NCBI GenBank assembly: GCA_024711145.1
Contig: JANJTJ010000121.1
Span: forward strand, 1-62,029
DNA: 62,029 nt
Origin: Balneolales bacterium
GTDB taxonomy: Bacteria > Bacteroidota > Rhodothermia > Balneolales > HLUCCA01
Direction: 5' to 3'
Made by a program: the position numbers and the translations under genes. The notes below the pieces were generated by a model. That model was not told the DNA's origin and made no database searches. It saw nothing but the letters and a program-made list of their open reading frames with translations. The first letter of the stretch is position 1; each line of letters opens with the position of its first letter. Below, in pieces: positions 36,685 to 48,958 of the stretch.

Positions 36685-37089
36685 TCAGCCGCGGGCGACT
36701 CGGATCCGGTTGATGGCGCGGTTCAGCGCCGCCTCGGCACGGACCACGTCCAGGCCGGGTTCGCGATGGCTCAAGCGGTGCTTGGCGCGGTCGCGGGCCG
36801 CTTCGGCACGGGCCAGATCGATGGCAGCCGCGGTTTCGGCCGATTCGGCCAACACGGTCACCTGATTGCCCCCTACTTCCGCAAAGCCACCTGATACCGC
36901 CAGGTGCACCTTGTGCCCACCCGGCTCGGTGATAACGACCGGGCCCGCCGCCAGGGAGGCCATCAATCGGGCGTGGTTGAACAACACCTCGAACTGGCCT
37001 TCGCTGCCGGGCAACCGGACCGACTCGACAGACCCCTTGTAGGTGGGTCCGTCGGGGGTCAGGATCTGTACATCGAACGATTTGGACAT
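36685..37089 (-). CDS. atpC: ATP synthase F1 epsilon subunit
   Basis: ILTPDG...PGSEGQFEVLFNHA...SGGFAEV...AESAE. Confidence 0.96.
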   Translation of the reverse strand: MSKSFDVQILTPDGPTYKGSVESVRLPGSEGQFEVLFNHARLMASLAAGPVVITEPGGHKVHLAVSGGFAEVGGNQVTVLAESAETAAAIDLARAEAARDRAKHRLSHREPGLDVVRAEAALNRAINRIRVARG

Positions 37090-37096
37090 GGGAAAA

Positions 37097-38698
<1,602 letters not shown>

Positions 38699-38750
38699 TT
38701 ATTTTTCCTGATTCAAGCCCGTTTCTTTCACATCGCCATTTCCCGCCGTT

Positions 38751-40070
38751 TTGGATACCCCGCTCTCCGCCCGCCACGCCTCCGTCCTCGTGCTCACCCG
38801 TTTCGACGAAACGCAGCACCTGGACCTGCACATCCTCGACGAACTGACCGGACCCGACCGAGGCCAAGGCCAGGAGTACGTCCAGGGAATCCTGCGCCGC
38901 CGCAGCAGCCTCGATTTCCTCATCCAGCAATTCAGCTCGGTGCCCTTCGCCGAAATGGACGGGTTCTTCAAAAACGTACTCCGGGTGGGGATCTACGACC
39001 TGTTGTACATGGACAGCACGCCCGATTACGCCGCCCTGAACGAGGCCGTCGAGATCGTCAAGACCCGCATGGGTCAGAAATCGGGTGATGTGGTCAATGC
39101 CATCCTGCGTCGGGTACAGCGCGAAGCGCAGAATCTGCCCAAACCCGACCCCGAAAACCGCACGCATCTGGTTTCGGTCACCTTCTCCCACCCCGAGTGG
39201 TTGGTGGAACGGTGGACCAACCGCATGGGCGAGCGCGACGCGTTCCTGCTCATGCAGGCCAACAACCGCCGCCCCGAGTATTTCCTGCGGGTGAACACCC
39301 TCAAGACCTCGATCGAGAATTTCCGCCTGCGCCTGGAGAAAAGCGGCATCGCCTTCGAAGAGAGCGATTGGTTGCCCGGTTACTTCAAGGTGCAGCAATT
39401 GGCCGAAGTGCGCACCAAAGGCTGGTTCGACAAAGGCCTGGTGCAGGTTCAGGACATCGCCGCCGGGTTCGCCCCCTTCGTGCTCGATCCCAAACCCGGC
39501 GAAACCGTGTACGACATCTGCGCGGCACCCGGCACCAAGACCATCGTCATGGCCGGCATGATGGAGAACCAGGGCAGCATCCTGGCCATCGACATCAACG
39601 GAGACCGGATCTCCAAGATCGCCGAGAATTCCGAGAACTACGGGGCCGACATCGTGAAAATCCGTCGGGCCGACGCCCGCGAGGAGCGCTTCAAGCTGGC
39701 CGATGCCGTCCTGCTCGACGCCCCCTGCACGGGTACCGGCGTGCTGAGCAAACGGGCCGACCTCCGCTGGCGCCGCAGCCCCTCCGACCTGGAGCAGATC
39801 GTAAAGACCCAGGCCGAACTGCTCGACGCCGCCGCCAACATGGTATCGAAGGGCGGCCGTCTGGTGTACACCACCTGCTCGCTGGAACCCGAAGAGAACA
39901 TCGAGCAGATCCACAACTTCCTGAGCGAATACGACAACTTCGAGATGATGCCCTTGGGTGATTATCTGCCCGAAGAGGTATTGGCCGAAGACGGATACGC
40001 CTACCAGACCTGGCCCCACAAACACCATTGCGACGGCCACTTCGGCGTACTTCTGAAACGCGTGGTCTGA
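38751..40070 (+). CDS. rsmB: 16S rRNA m5C967 methyltransferase (NusB-like N-domain + RsmB)
   Basis: DICAAPGTKT, LDAPCTGTG, YTTCSLEPEEN; TTG start. Confidence 0.9.
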   Translation: MDTPLSARHASVLVLTRFDETQHLDLHILDELTGPDRGQGQEYVQGILRRRSSLDFLIQQFSSVPFAEMDGFFKNVLRVGIYDLLYMDSTPDYAALNEAVEIVKTRMGQKSGDVVNAILRRVQREAQNLPKPDPENRTHLVSVTFSHPEWLVERWTNRMGERDAFLLMQANNRRPEYFLRVNTLKTSIENFRLRLEKSGIAFEESDWLPGYFKVQQLAEVRTKGWFDKGLVQVQDIAAGFAPFVLDPKPGETVYDICAAPGTKTIVMAGMMENQGSILAIDINGDRISKIAENSENYGADIVKIRRADAREERFKLADAVLLDAPCTGTGVLSKRADLRWRRSPSDLEQIVKTQAELLDAAANMVSKGGRLVYTTCSLEPEENIEQIHNFLSEYDNFEMMPLGDYLPEEVLAEDGYAYQTWPHKHHCDGHFGVLLKRVV

Positions 40071-40071
40071 C

Positions 40072-42741
40072 ATGGCTGAGATTCCCAAGCAATTCGAACC
40101 GGGGCCGGTCGAACGCCATTGGTATGCCCATTGGGAAACGAACGGCTTCTTCCGGTCCACGCCCGACGACCGCCCCCCGTTCACCATCCTGATTCCGCCC
40201 CCCAACGTCACCGGGGTGTTGCATATGGGCCACATGCTCAACAACACCCTGCAGGATGTGCTGGTGCGCCGGGCGCGCATGCGCGGTTTCAATGCCTGCT
40301 GGGTACCCGGTACCGACCACGCCTCCATCGCCACCGAGGCCAAAGTGGTGCAGAAACTCCGCAAGGAAGGCATCCGCAAGGGCGACCTCACCCGCGACGA
40401 GTTCCTCAAGCATGCCTGGGAATGGACCGAAAAGCATGGCGGCATCATCCTGCAGCAATTGCGCACGCTCGGTGCCAGCTGCGATTGGGACCGCACCCGG
40501 TTCACCATGGAGCCCTCGCTCTACGATGCCGTAATCGATTGCTTCATCGACCTGCACGACCGCGGCCTCATCTACCGGGGCCTGCGCATGGTCAACTGGG
40601 ATCCCGAAGCCCGCACCGTGGTTTCCGACGAAGAAGTGCTCCACAAGGAGACCACCGCTACCCTGTACCACATCCGGTATCCGCTCACCGACGGCAGCGG
40701 CCATGTGACCATCGCCACCGTGCGGCCCGAGACCATCATGGCCGACACGGCCGTGGCCATCCATCCCGATAACCCGAAAACGGCCCATCTGAAAGGGAAA
40801 CGGGTACGCATTCCCCTCATCGACCGGGAAATCCCCATCATCGAGGATGCCTACGTGGATCCGGAGTTCGGCACCGGCGCCCTGAAGGTGACACCCGCCC
40901 ACGACAAGAACGATTTCGAAATCGGCACGCGGCACGGGTTGGAGGTGATCGACATCCTGAACGCCGACGCCACTCTGAACGAAAAAGCCCGCATTCTGGT
41001 CGGGCAAGACCGATTCGCCGCCCGCAAAGCCATCGTTCCCCTGTTGCAGGAAGGCGGGTTCCTGGACAAGACCGAGGAGTACGCCTCCAACCTGGCCCTG
41101 TCGGAACGTACCGAAGCCGTCATCGAACCCCGGTTGTCCCTGCAATGGTTCGTGAAGATGCAGGAGCTGGGCAAACCCGCTCTGGATGCCGTGGTGAACG
41201 GCGAAGTGCGGTTCCACCCCGCCAAATTCACCAACACCTACCGGCATTGGATGGAGAACATCCAGGATTGGTGCATCTCGCGCCAGCTCTGGTGGGGCCA
41301 CCGCATTCCGGCCTGGTTCTATGGTGAGGGCGAACAGGACTATGTGATCGCCCGCACCGAAGCCGAAGCCCTGGAGATGGCCCGCGCCAAAACCGGCAAC
41401 CCGGAGCTGGATGCCATGCGCCTGCGGCAGGACGAGGACGTGCTCGATACCTGGTTCTCCTCCTGGTTGTGGCCCATCAGCGTGTTCGACGGGTTCAAAG
41501 ACCCCGACAACCGGGACATCCGCTACTATTACCCCACGAACGACCTGGTAACCGCACCCGAGATCATGTTCTTCTGGGTGGCGCGCATGATCATGGCCGG
41601 CTACGCCTTCAAAGGGCAGGCTCCCTTCCGGAATGTGTATTACACCGGCATCGTGCGGGACAAGCAACGGCGGAAGATGTCCAAGTCCTTGGGCAACTCG
41701 CCCGACCCGCTGGACCTCATCGCCCAGTACGGCGCCGACGGAACCCGGGCCGGCATGCTCTTCAGTTCGCCGGCCGGCAACGACCTGCTCTTCGACGAGG
41801 GATTGGTGGAACAGGGGCGGAATTTCGCCAACAAGATCTGGAACGCCTTCCGATTCATCACCATGCAGATGGAGGATGGCCGTGCCTATGTACCGAACGC
41901 CGTGTTCGACGAAACCGATCCCACCGACCGCTGGATGCGATCGCGGGTGGCACGCACCTTCGCCGAAATGGACAAGGCCTTCGAGGAGTACCGCATCAGC
42001 GACGCCTTGCACGGCATCTACAAACTGATCTGGGACGACTTCTGCGATTGGTACATCGAGCTGAACAAACCCGCCTACGGCACCCGGATGGCGCCGGCCG
42101 TTGTCGAGAAGCTGCTCGGCGTATTCGAGTTGCTCATGGCCCGGCTGCATCCCTTCATGCCCTTCATCACCGAGGAGATCTGGCACCGTTTGCGCGAGCG
42201 CGGTACCGGCGAAGCCCTGATGATGGCGGCCGAACCGGCCGGCGATCCGGCCTGGATATCGGATGAGGCGGAAACCGCCTTCGCCCTGCAGCAGGAACTG
42301 GTAAGCGTGCTGCGGAACATCCGCGCCGAAAAGGGCGTGGCCAATGCGCACCCCATCCGGGTGGTCATCTCCACGGCCGATGCCGCCACATTGGCAGGCT
42401 TGCAAGCCGGCCGCGCCATCCTCGAACGCCTTCAGAAAACCGAATCGTTGGATATCGGCATCGGGCTGGCCAAACCCAGAGGCAGCACCACCGTGGTTTT
42501 GCGCGGGTTGGAAGTGCATGTCCCCCTGGAAGGATTGGTGGATCTGGATGCCGAACGGGAGCGCATCTCCAAAGAAATCGAGCGGTTGGAAGGATTCCTG
42601 GCATCCGTTCGGACCAAACTGGGCAATGCGTCCTTCGCGGAGCGGGCACCGGCCGCCATCGTGGAAAACGAACGGAACAAGGAACGCGACGCCACCGCCA
42701 GTCTCGGGAAGCTGCGCGCCCTGCTCGACGACCTCGGTTGA
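40072..42741 (+). CDS. valS: Valine--tRNA ligase
   Basis: PPPNVTGVLHMGH, PGTDHA, DWCISRQLWWGH, KMSKS, C-terminal coiled coil. Confidence 0.99.
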   Translation: MAEIPKQFEPGPVERHWYAHWETNGFFRSTPDDRPPFTILIPPPNVTGVLHMGHMLNNTLQDVLVRRARMRGFNACWVPGTDHASIATEAKVVQKLRKEGIRKGDLTRDEFLKHAWEWTEKHGGIILQQLRTLGASCDWDRTRFTMEPSLYDAVIDCFIDLHDRGLIYRGLRMVNWDPEARTVVSDEEVLHKETTATLYHIRYPLTDGSGHVTIATVRPETIMADTAVAIHPDNPKTAHLKGKRVRIPLIDREIPIIEDAYVDPEFGTGALKVTPAHDKNDFEIGTRHGLEVIDILNADATLNEKARILVGQDRFAARKAIVPLLQEGGFLDKTEEYASNLALSERTEAVIEPRLSLQWFVKMQELGKPALDAVVNGEVRFHPAKFTNTYRHWMENIQDWCISRQLWWGHRIPAWFYGEGEQDYVIARTEAEALEMARAKTGNPELDAMRLRQDEDVLDTWFSSWLWPISVFDGFKDPDNRDIRYYYPTNDLVTAPEIMFFWVARMIMAGYAFKGQAPFRNVYYTGIVRDKQRRKMSKSLGNSPDPLDLIAQYGADGTRAGMLFSSPAGNDLLFDEGLVEQGRNFANKIWNAFRFITMQMEDGRAYVPNAVFDETDPTDRWMRSRVARTFAEMDKAFEEYRISDALHGIYKLIWDDFCDWYIELNKPAYGTRMAPAVVEKLLGVFELLMARLHPFMPFITEEIWHRLRERGTGEALMMAAEPAGDPAWISDEAETAFALQQELVSVLRNIRAEKGVANAHPIRVVISTADAATLAGLQAGRAILERLQKTESLDIGIGLAKPRGSTTVVLRGLEVHVPLEGLVDLDAERERISKEIERLEGFLASVRTKLGNASFAERAPAAIVENERNKERDATASLGKLRALLDDLG

Positions 42742-42744
42742 CCC

Positions 42745-45700
42745 ATGTCGGATCTGCATTTCCTCCAACAGCTGAACGGACCCCAGCGGGAGGCGGTCGT
42801 CCACGTGCACGGCCCCCTGCTGCTGGTGGCGGGTGCGGGGTCGGGCAAAACCCGGGTACTCACCTATCGCATCGCGCATCTGTTGGGAGCCGGGCACGCG
42901 CGGCCGTCCCAGATCCTGGCGCTCACCTTCACCAACAAGGCCGCGGCCGAAATGAAGGAGCGTATCGGCCACCTGATCGGCACGGACGCCCGCCATCTGT
43001 GGATGGGCACCTTCCACAGCATCTTCAGCCGAATCCTGCGGGTTGAAGCCGAACATCTGGGATATACCCGCGATTTCAGCATTTACGATACCGACGACAG
43101 CGACAAGGTGGTGAAGGGCATCCTGCAGGAACTGAAGTTGGATGCCAAGGAAGTGAAGCCCTCCCAGATCCGATTCCGCATCTCCGGAGCCAAAAACCGC
43201 ATGGTGGGGCCGGAGGAATATGCCACCGAGTTCATCGGCTCCACCCTCGACGACATCGCCGCGCAGGTGTATCCCATCTATCTGGCCCGCCTCAAAGAGC
43301 GGAATGCCATGGATTTCGACGACCTCCTGCTCAAGCCCATCGAGCTGTTCGAAGCCCGGCCCGACATCCTCGAACAATACCAGGACCGGTTCCGATTCAT
43401 CCTCATCGACGAATACCAGGACACGAACAAGGCCCAATACGTCGTTACCCGCATGCTCGGGTCCAAGCACCACAACGTGTGCGTGGTCGGCGACGACGCC
43501 CAGAGCATCTACTCCTTCCGCGGGGCCGACATCACCAACATCCTCAACTTCCAGGCCGATTATCCCGATGCCACCCGCATCGCCCTGGAGCAGAACTACC
43601 GCAGCACCAAGGCCATCCTGCGCTGTGCCGACAGCATCATCAAGCGGAACACCAAACAGCTCGACAAGACCCTCTGGACCGAGAATCCGGTAGGCAACCC
43701 GATCGTGACCTTCGAGACCTTCACCGAGCGGGAAGAAGCCTACAAAGTGGCCGACACCATCCGCCAGCTGAAGCTGCGCGACGGGTACAGGAACACCGAC
43801 ATCGCCATCCTGTACCGGACCAACCACCAGAGCCGGGTGTTCGAAGACGCCCTCCGCCGGGCCGACATCACCTACCAATTGGTGGGTGGGGTCTCCTTCT
43901 ACCAGCGCAAGGAAGTGAAGGATGTGACCGCCTACCTGCGACTGCTCATCAACCCGGCCGACGAGGAAGCCCTGCTCCGGGTGATCAACGAACCGGCCCG
44001 GGGCATCGGGGGCAAATCGTTGGAGACCCTGGTGGAACTGGCACGTGGCCACCGCACCTCGCTTTGGGAGGTGCTGCACCAGCCCGGCCAGTTGGAAAGC
44101 GTGTACAAGCCCGCCCAGGCCCGCATCCGCGAGTTCACCGAAATCATCCGCGAGACGGCCGGAAAACTGCAGGCCGGCGGTTCGATCGTGGATACCGCCC
44201 GGTTCCTATTGGAAAAGACCGGCTACGTGCGCCAGTTCGTGGAAGAGAACACGGCCGAGTCGCTGGGTCGGCGCGAGAACGTGATGGAGCTGCTCAACTC
44301 CATCGCCTACTTCGAACGGAGCAACGAGCAACCGACCCTCAGCGGATTCCTGCAGGAGGTATCGCTCCTGAGCGATGTGGACAACATGGACACCGACAAA
44401 CCGGCGGTGACCCTGATGACCGTACACGCCGCCAAGGGGTTGGAATTCCCTGTGGTGTTCGTGGTGGGGTTGGAAGAGGAACTCTTTCCCATCGGCGGGC
44501 GGAACGGCGAGGAAGCCGACATCGAGGAAGAGCGGCGCCTGTTCTATGTGGCGGTGACCCGGGCCCGCAAGGAGCTCTTCTTCTCGCACGCCCGCACCCG
44601 TTTCCGGTACGGCGAAGAGAAAACCATGCTGCGCAGCCGCTTCCTGGACGAAGTGGATCCGGCCGTCATCCGCTCGGAAAGCGGCGCCACCCTACGCCAG
44701 CGGAGCGACACCATCCGTCAGACCCCTTCCGGCAACCGCATCGAGTACGATACCCCGAGTCGGAGCGTACGTCCGCCGGTGGCGGCGCGCCCACCTGCCA
44801 GCAACACCCGTGTGGAATACGACCTGGCCGAACCCGGCCAACTGGTACCCGGGGCCAAAGTGCAGCACGAAACCTTCGGCAGCGGCAAGATCATCGCACG
44901 CGAAGGCCAGGGAAGCGATACCAACGTCACCGTCTTCTTCGCCGCACACGGTACCAAGAAACTCCTGCTCCGGTTCGCCAAACTGCGGTTGCTGCCGTTC
45001 CTGCTGCTGGCCCTGCTGGCCGGCAACCTGATGGCCCAACCCACCTTCTCGCCCCGCATGACGGCCATGGGCGGTGCCGCCACCGCCATAGCCGAAGGGG
45101 TACCGGCCGCCTACCTGAACCCGGCCAACCTCATGATCCGCAACCATGCCCAAGGCTTCATGCTGTATGCCGGGCAGGCCTCGTTCTCCTGGTCCGACGG
45201 CCTGTTGGCCGGTGCGGCCGGTACCGAGGCCGGCGACATGACCTGGACCTTCCGGCCGTGGACCGACCGGGCGCCGGCCTATCTGACGGCCGACACCGAC
45301 GCCGCCATCCTGGCCGAACGCTACCCCGGCGGTGCCGGCACGGCCGTTTCGCACAGCACCTTCGACCATCTGGCCTTCGGCATGAGCTGGACCGGGCCGA
45401 ACCTGGGTTGGGCCCTGGGCTGGCGCATCCGCGGCACCAACACCTGGGAGACGGGCCGCGCCTGGTACGAGGGTCCTGCGGCCGCCGCCGCTACCGACGC
45501 CAGCCTGAAACAACGCACCGCGGTATGGCACGAGGTATCGCTCGGCCTGGCCTGGGAGTACACCCTCATCAGCGGATGGCTCACCAATCTGAGCAAGCTC
45601 TTCGTAGGGGTCAATCCCAAATTCATCATTCCGGGCGCCTACGTGGACCGCTCCCTGGTGTCGGTGTACGGTATGGGCGCTGGCGGACCCATCCATACGG

Positions 45701-46404
45701 GCGCCTACAGCCAGCTCTCTTCGGGGCCGACCCGCCCGACCTCCTTGCAGGAATGGCTCACCCCCACCGGATTCGGTGCGGGCATGGACATCGGTGCCAC
45801 CTACATCATCGGGTTGGGCAACGAACAATCCTTGGGATCGGCACGGCGCCGGCCCACGCGCAACTCCATCCGCATATCGGCGGCCCTCACCGACCTCGGC
45901 TTCGTGAGCCATACGGCCGCCCCCATGCGCCTCACCACCGACACGCTGCGCACCGACGCCACCTGGTCGCGCCAGGGCAGCGGCGAGTTCTATGGGGCAC
46001 CCGGCCAGTTCGATGCCTTCGTGTCGGCCCAACCCGTGGAATCCGGCCTCATCGCCACTGCCGATACCGGTGCCACCTCCCCCATCAACCTGCAGATGCC
46101 CACCCGTTTCCAAACCGGTGTGGCCCTTCAGCTCAACCGCATGCTGCTCTCGGCCGACATGGCCATGCCCCTGACCGAAGACGGCATCCGCGGTTCCCAG
46201 CGTTACCTGCGCGCCGGCGCCGAAATCAAACTGCTGCGCGTGTTGCCCGTGCGCGCGGGGTTGGTGCTGCGTGATGGAGACCCGCTCACCTACACGGCCG
46301 GTTTCGGCCTGGACCTGCGCCATCTCGAACTCGCCATAGGCACCCAATGGACCGCTTCCGATCCCATCGGGGTGGCCGTGGGCGGGTTGGTGCTGCGGTT
46401 CTGA
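42745..46404 (+). CDS. pcrA: PcrA/UvrD helicase (aa 1 to about 749) fused in frame to a signal-peptide-like segment and a FadL/PorV/DUF5723-like outer-membrane beta-barrel (about aa 765-1219)
   Basis: AGAGSGKT, DEYQD, GDDAQSIY, NYRS, TVHAAKGLEF, EERRLFYV, Tudor-like CTD (HETFGSG...KKLLLRFAKL); no stop before PFLLLALLAGNLMAQ; then MGGAATAIA...AYLNPANL and a terminal Phe. Confidence 0.85.
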   Translation: MSDLHFLQQLNGPQREAVVHVHGPLLLVAGAGSGKTRVLTYRIAHLLGAGHARPSQILALTFTNKAAAEMKERIGHLIGTDARHLWMGTFHSIFSRILRVEAEHLGYTRDFSIYDTDDSDKVVKGILQELKLDAKEVKPSQIRFRISGAKNRMVGPEEYATEFIGSTLDDIAAQVYPIYLARLKERNAMDFDDLLLKPIELFEARPDILEQYQDRFRFILIDEYQDTNKAQYVVTRMLGSKHHNVCVVGDDAQSIYSFRGADITNILNFQADYPDATRIALEQNYRSTKAILRCADSIIKRNTKQLDKTLWTENPVGNPIVTFETFTEREEAYKVADTIRQLKLRDGYRNTDIAILYRTNHQSRVFEDALRRADITYQLVGGVSFYQRKEVKDVTAYLRLLINPADEEALLRVINEPARGIGGKSLETLVELARGHRTSLWEVLHQPGQLESVYKPAQARIREFTEIIRETAGKLQAGGSIVDTARFLLEKTGYVRQFVEENTAESLGRRENVMELLNSIAYFERSNEQPTLSGFLQEVSLLSDVDNMDTDKPAVTLMTVHAAKGLEFPVVFVVGLEEELFPIGGRNGEEADIEEERRLFYVAVTRARKELFFSHARTRFRYGEEKTMLRSRFLDEVDPAVIRSESGATLRQRSDTIRQTPSGNRIEYDTPSRSVRPPVAARPPASNTRVEYDLAEPGQLVPGAKVQHETFGSGKIIAREGQGSDTNVTVFFAAHGTKKLLLRFAKLRLLPFLLLALLAGNLMAQPTFSPRMTAMGGAATAIAEGVPAAYLNPANLMIRNHAQGFMLYAGQASFSWSDGLLAGAAGTEAGDMTWTFRPWTDRAPAYLTADTDAAILAERYPGGAGTAVSHSTFDHLAFGMSWTGPNLGWALGWRIRGTNTWETGRAWYEGPAAAAATDASLKQRTAVWHEVSLGLAWEYTLISGWLTNLSKLFVGVNPKFIIPGAYVDRSLVSVYGMGAGGPIHTGAYSQLSSGPTRPTSLQEWLTPTGFGAGMDIGATYIIGLGNEQSLGSARRRPTRNSIRISAALTDLGFVSHTAAPMRLTTDTLRTDATWSRQGSGEFYGAPGQFDAFVSAQPVESGLIATADTGATSPINLQMPTRFQTGVALQLNRMLLSADMAMPLTEDGIRGSQRYLRAGAEIKLLRVLPVRAGLVLRDGDPLTYTAGFGLDLRHLELAIGTQWTASDPIGVAVGGLVLRF

Positions 46405-46513
46405 CCGACGGATTGGCAGAATCGGACGTCGGGTTCTGACGATTTGCGGAGTCGGCTTACCTTGGCGGATTCCTTGCCTTGGTTGGCCGCATAACCAAAC
46501 AACCGTACCACTC

Positions 46514-48958
46514 ATGCGCGCTTCCCATCCGTTCCGCTTCTCCGAAGAAGAATTCTCCGATTTCGAGCAGGCCATCCCCTTGTTGTCGGAAGAAGAGGAA
46601 CGCCGCCTCGACGAATCGGGTGTGCCCGACGAACTGCCCATCCTTCCCCTCAAGAACACCGTGCTGTTTCCCGGTGTGGTCATTCCCATCACCGTGGGCC
46701 GCGACCGCAGCCTGGAGCTCGTGAAACGGGCCTTCGAGAGCGACAAAGTGATCGGTATCGTGACCCAGAAGAAGAAGAACCAGGAAGATCCGGGGCCGGA
46801 CGACCTCTACCGGGTCGGTACCGTGGCCCAGATCCTCAAGCTCATCAAGATGCCCGATGGTTCGAAAAGCATCGTGATCCAGGGCAAATCGGTCTTCTCC
46901 ATCGACGAATTCACCCAGACCGAACCGTATTTCAAAGCCAAAGTGAGCCGGTTCCGGAACATGCAGGACATGGACGCCCTGGAGTTGGATGCCGCCATGC
47001 GCAGCGTGAAGGAGACCGCCGTTCAGATCGTCAACGCATCGCCCCAGTTGCCATCCGAAGCGGCCATCGCCATCCACAACATCACCTCGGCCACCTTCCT
47101 GCTCAACTTCATCGCCTCCAACCTCAACATCCCCAACGAGGAGAAGCAGAAACTCCTGGAGATGGCCAGTTACCGGGAGCGCCACGGCCGCATCATGGAC
47201 CATCTGAACCGGGAGCTGCAGGTCATGAACCTGAGCCAGGAGATCCGGTCCAAGGTGAAGACCGACATCGACCAGCAGCAGCGCGATTTCTACCTGCGCC
47301 AGCAGCTCAAAGTGATCCAGGAAGCCCTGGGCGACGAAAGCGAGCAGGAAGTGGTGCAGAAACTCCGCGAGAAAGCCGCCACCAAGAAATTGCCCGACCA
47401 CGTGGCCAAAACCTTGGACAAAGAGCTCACCCGCCTGGAACGTACCCCGACCAGCGCCCCCAACTACGGAGTGATCCACAACTACGTGGAGTGGATCATG
47501 GATCTGCCCTGGTTGGAATACAGCCTGGACAAACTGGACCTGAAGTATGCGGCCAAGGTGCTGGACGAAGACCATTACGGCCTGGAGAAAGTCAAAAAGC
47601 GCATACTGGAGTATCTGGCCGTCCTGAAACTGAAGGGCGACATGAAAGCGCCCATCCTGTGCCTGTACGGCCCGCCCGGCGTGGGCAAAACCTCCCTGGG
47701 CAAATCGATCGCACGGGCGCTGAATCGCGAATTCACCCGGTTCTCGTTGGGCGGCCTGCAGGATGAGGCCGAAATCCGCGGCCACCGGCGCACCTACATC
47801 GGCGCCCTTCCCGGCCGCATCGTGCAGAGTCTGAAAAAGACCGGCACGGCCAACCCCGTCATGATGCTCGACGAGATCGACAAAGTGGGTGCCAGCTACC
47901 GCGGCGACCCCACCTCCGCCCTGCTCGAAGTGCTCGATCCCGAGCAGAACCACGCCTTCCACGACAACTACATGGAGCTGGACATCGACCTGAGCAAGGT
48001 GCTGTTCATCGCCACGGCCAACAGCTTGGACACCATCCCCGGCCCCCTGCGCGACCGCATGGAGATCCTGAACCTGAGCGGCTACACCCTCGAGGAGAAA
48101 CTGCAGATCGCCAAAACCTATCTGGTACCCAAGCAGATCACCGAAAACGGGTTGGTCAAAAAACAATTCCGCATCAGCGATGCGGCTGTTACGGCCATCA
48201 TCGACGGGTACACCCGCGAGTCGGGCGTACGGAACCTGACCCGCGAAATCGGGTCGGTGGTGCGGGGCGTGGCCGCGAAAATCGCGGCCGAAGACATCAC
48301 GGCCGCCTCGGTCGGGGTGGACGACATCGAAGGCTACCTGGGGCAGCGCAAGTATTTCAGCGATGTGGCCGAGCGCACCACGGTACCCGGTGTGGCCACC
48401 GGCCTGGCCTGGACCCCCTTCGGTGGCGACATCCTCTTCATCGAAGCCGGTGCCACACCCGGCACCGGCAAAATGACCATCACCGGGCAATTGGGAGATG
48501 TGATGAAGGAATCGGCCGTGCTGGCCCTCTCCTACCTCAAGGCCCATGCCGATGACCTGAAGATTCCGCAGGACGCTTTCACCAAATGGGACCTGCACCT
48601 GCACGTGCCGGCGGGTGCCGTGCCCAAAGACGGCCCATCGGCCGGTGTGAGCATGTTGTCGGCCATGACCTCCCTGTTCACCCAGCGCCCGGTCAGGAAT
48701 ACCGTAGCCCTCACCGGCGAAATCACGCTGCGGGGATTGGTGTTGCCCGTGGGCGGCATCAAGGAGAAAGTACTGGCGGCCCGGCGGGCCGGCATCACCC
48801 ACGTGCTGCTTCCCAAAAAGAACCAGAAGGACGTGGCCGAAATCGAAGCCGATGTGATCGACGGGTTGCAGATCTCCTATCTGGAGCGCATGGACCAGGT
48901 CTTCAAGCTGGTCTTGGAACCCAAAGCCGTGGCCGACCCGGCCCGCATGTTCACATGA
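46514..48958 (+). CDS. lon: ATP-dependent protease La
   Basis: LPILPL N-domain, GPPGVGKTS, MLDEIDK, PKDGPSAG, GGIKEK. Confidence 0.98.
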   Translation: MRASHPFRFSEEEFSDFEQAIPLLSEEEERRLDESGVPDELPILPLKNTVLFPGVVIPITVGRDRSLELVKRAFESDKVIGIVTQKKKNQEDPGPDDLYRVGTVAQILKLIKMPDGSKSIVIQGKSVFSIDEFTQTEPYFKAKVSRFRNMQDMDALELDAAMRSVKETAVQIVNASPQLPSEAAIAIHNITSATFLLNFIASNLNIPNEEKQKLLEMASYRERHGRIMDHLNRELQVMNLSQEIRSKVKTDIDQQQRDFYLRQQLKVIQEALGDESEQEVVQKLREKAATKKLPDHVAKTLDKELTRLERTPTSAPNYGVIHNYVEWIMDLPWLEYSLDKLDLKYAAKVLDEDHYGLEKVKKRILEYLAVLKLKGDMKAPILCLYGPPGVGKTSLGKSIARALNREFTRFSLGGLQDEAEIRGHRRTYIGALPGRIVQSLKKTGTANPVMMLDEIDKVGASYRGDPTSALLEVLDPEQNHAFHDNYMELDIDLSKVLFIATANSLDTIPGPLRDRMEILNLSGYTLEEKLQIAKTYLVPKQITENGLVKKQFRISDAAVTAIIDGYTRESGVRNLTREIGSVVRGVAAKIAAEDITAASVGVDDIEGYLGQRKYFSDVAERTTVPGVATGLAWTPFGGDILFIEAGATPGTGKMTITGQLGDVMKESAVLALSYLKAHADDLKIPQDAFTKWDLHLHVPAGAVPKDGPSAGVSMLSAMTSLFTQRPVRNTVALTGEITLRGLVLPVGGIKEKVLAARRAGITHVLLPKKNQKDVAEIEADVIDGLQISYLERMDQVFKLVLEPKAVADPARMFT

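Noticed and set aside
39691-44079. 1462-aa minus-strand ORF, plus other long shadow ORFs (52559-55690, 43479-46274, 46457-48802, 56824-58788, 18127-20058)
   Set aside because: They lie antisense or out of frame to unambiguous genes (valS, pcrA, polA, lon, tkt, kinases) and show no motifs; long stop-free shadow frames are expected at this GC content.
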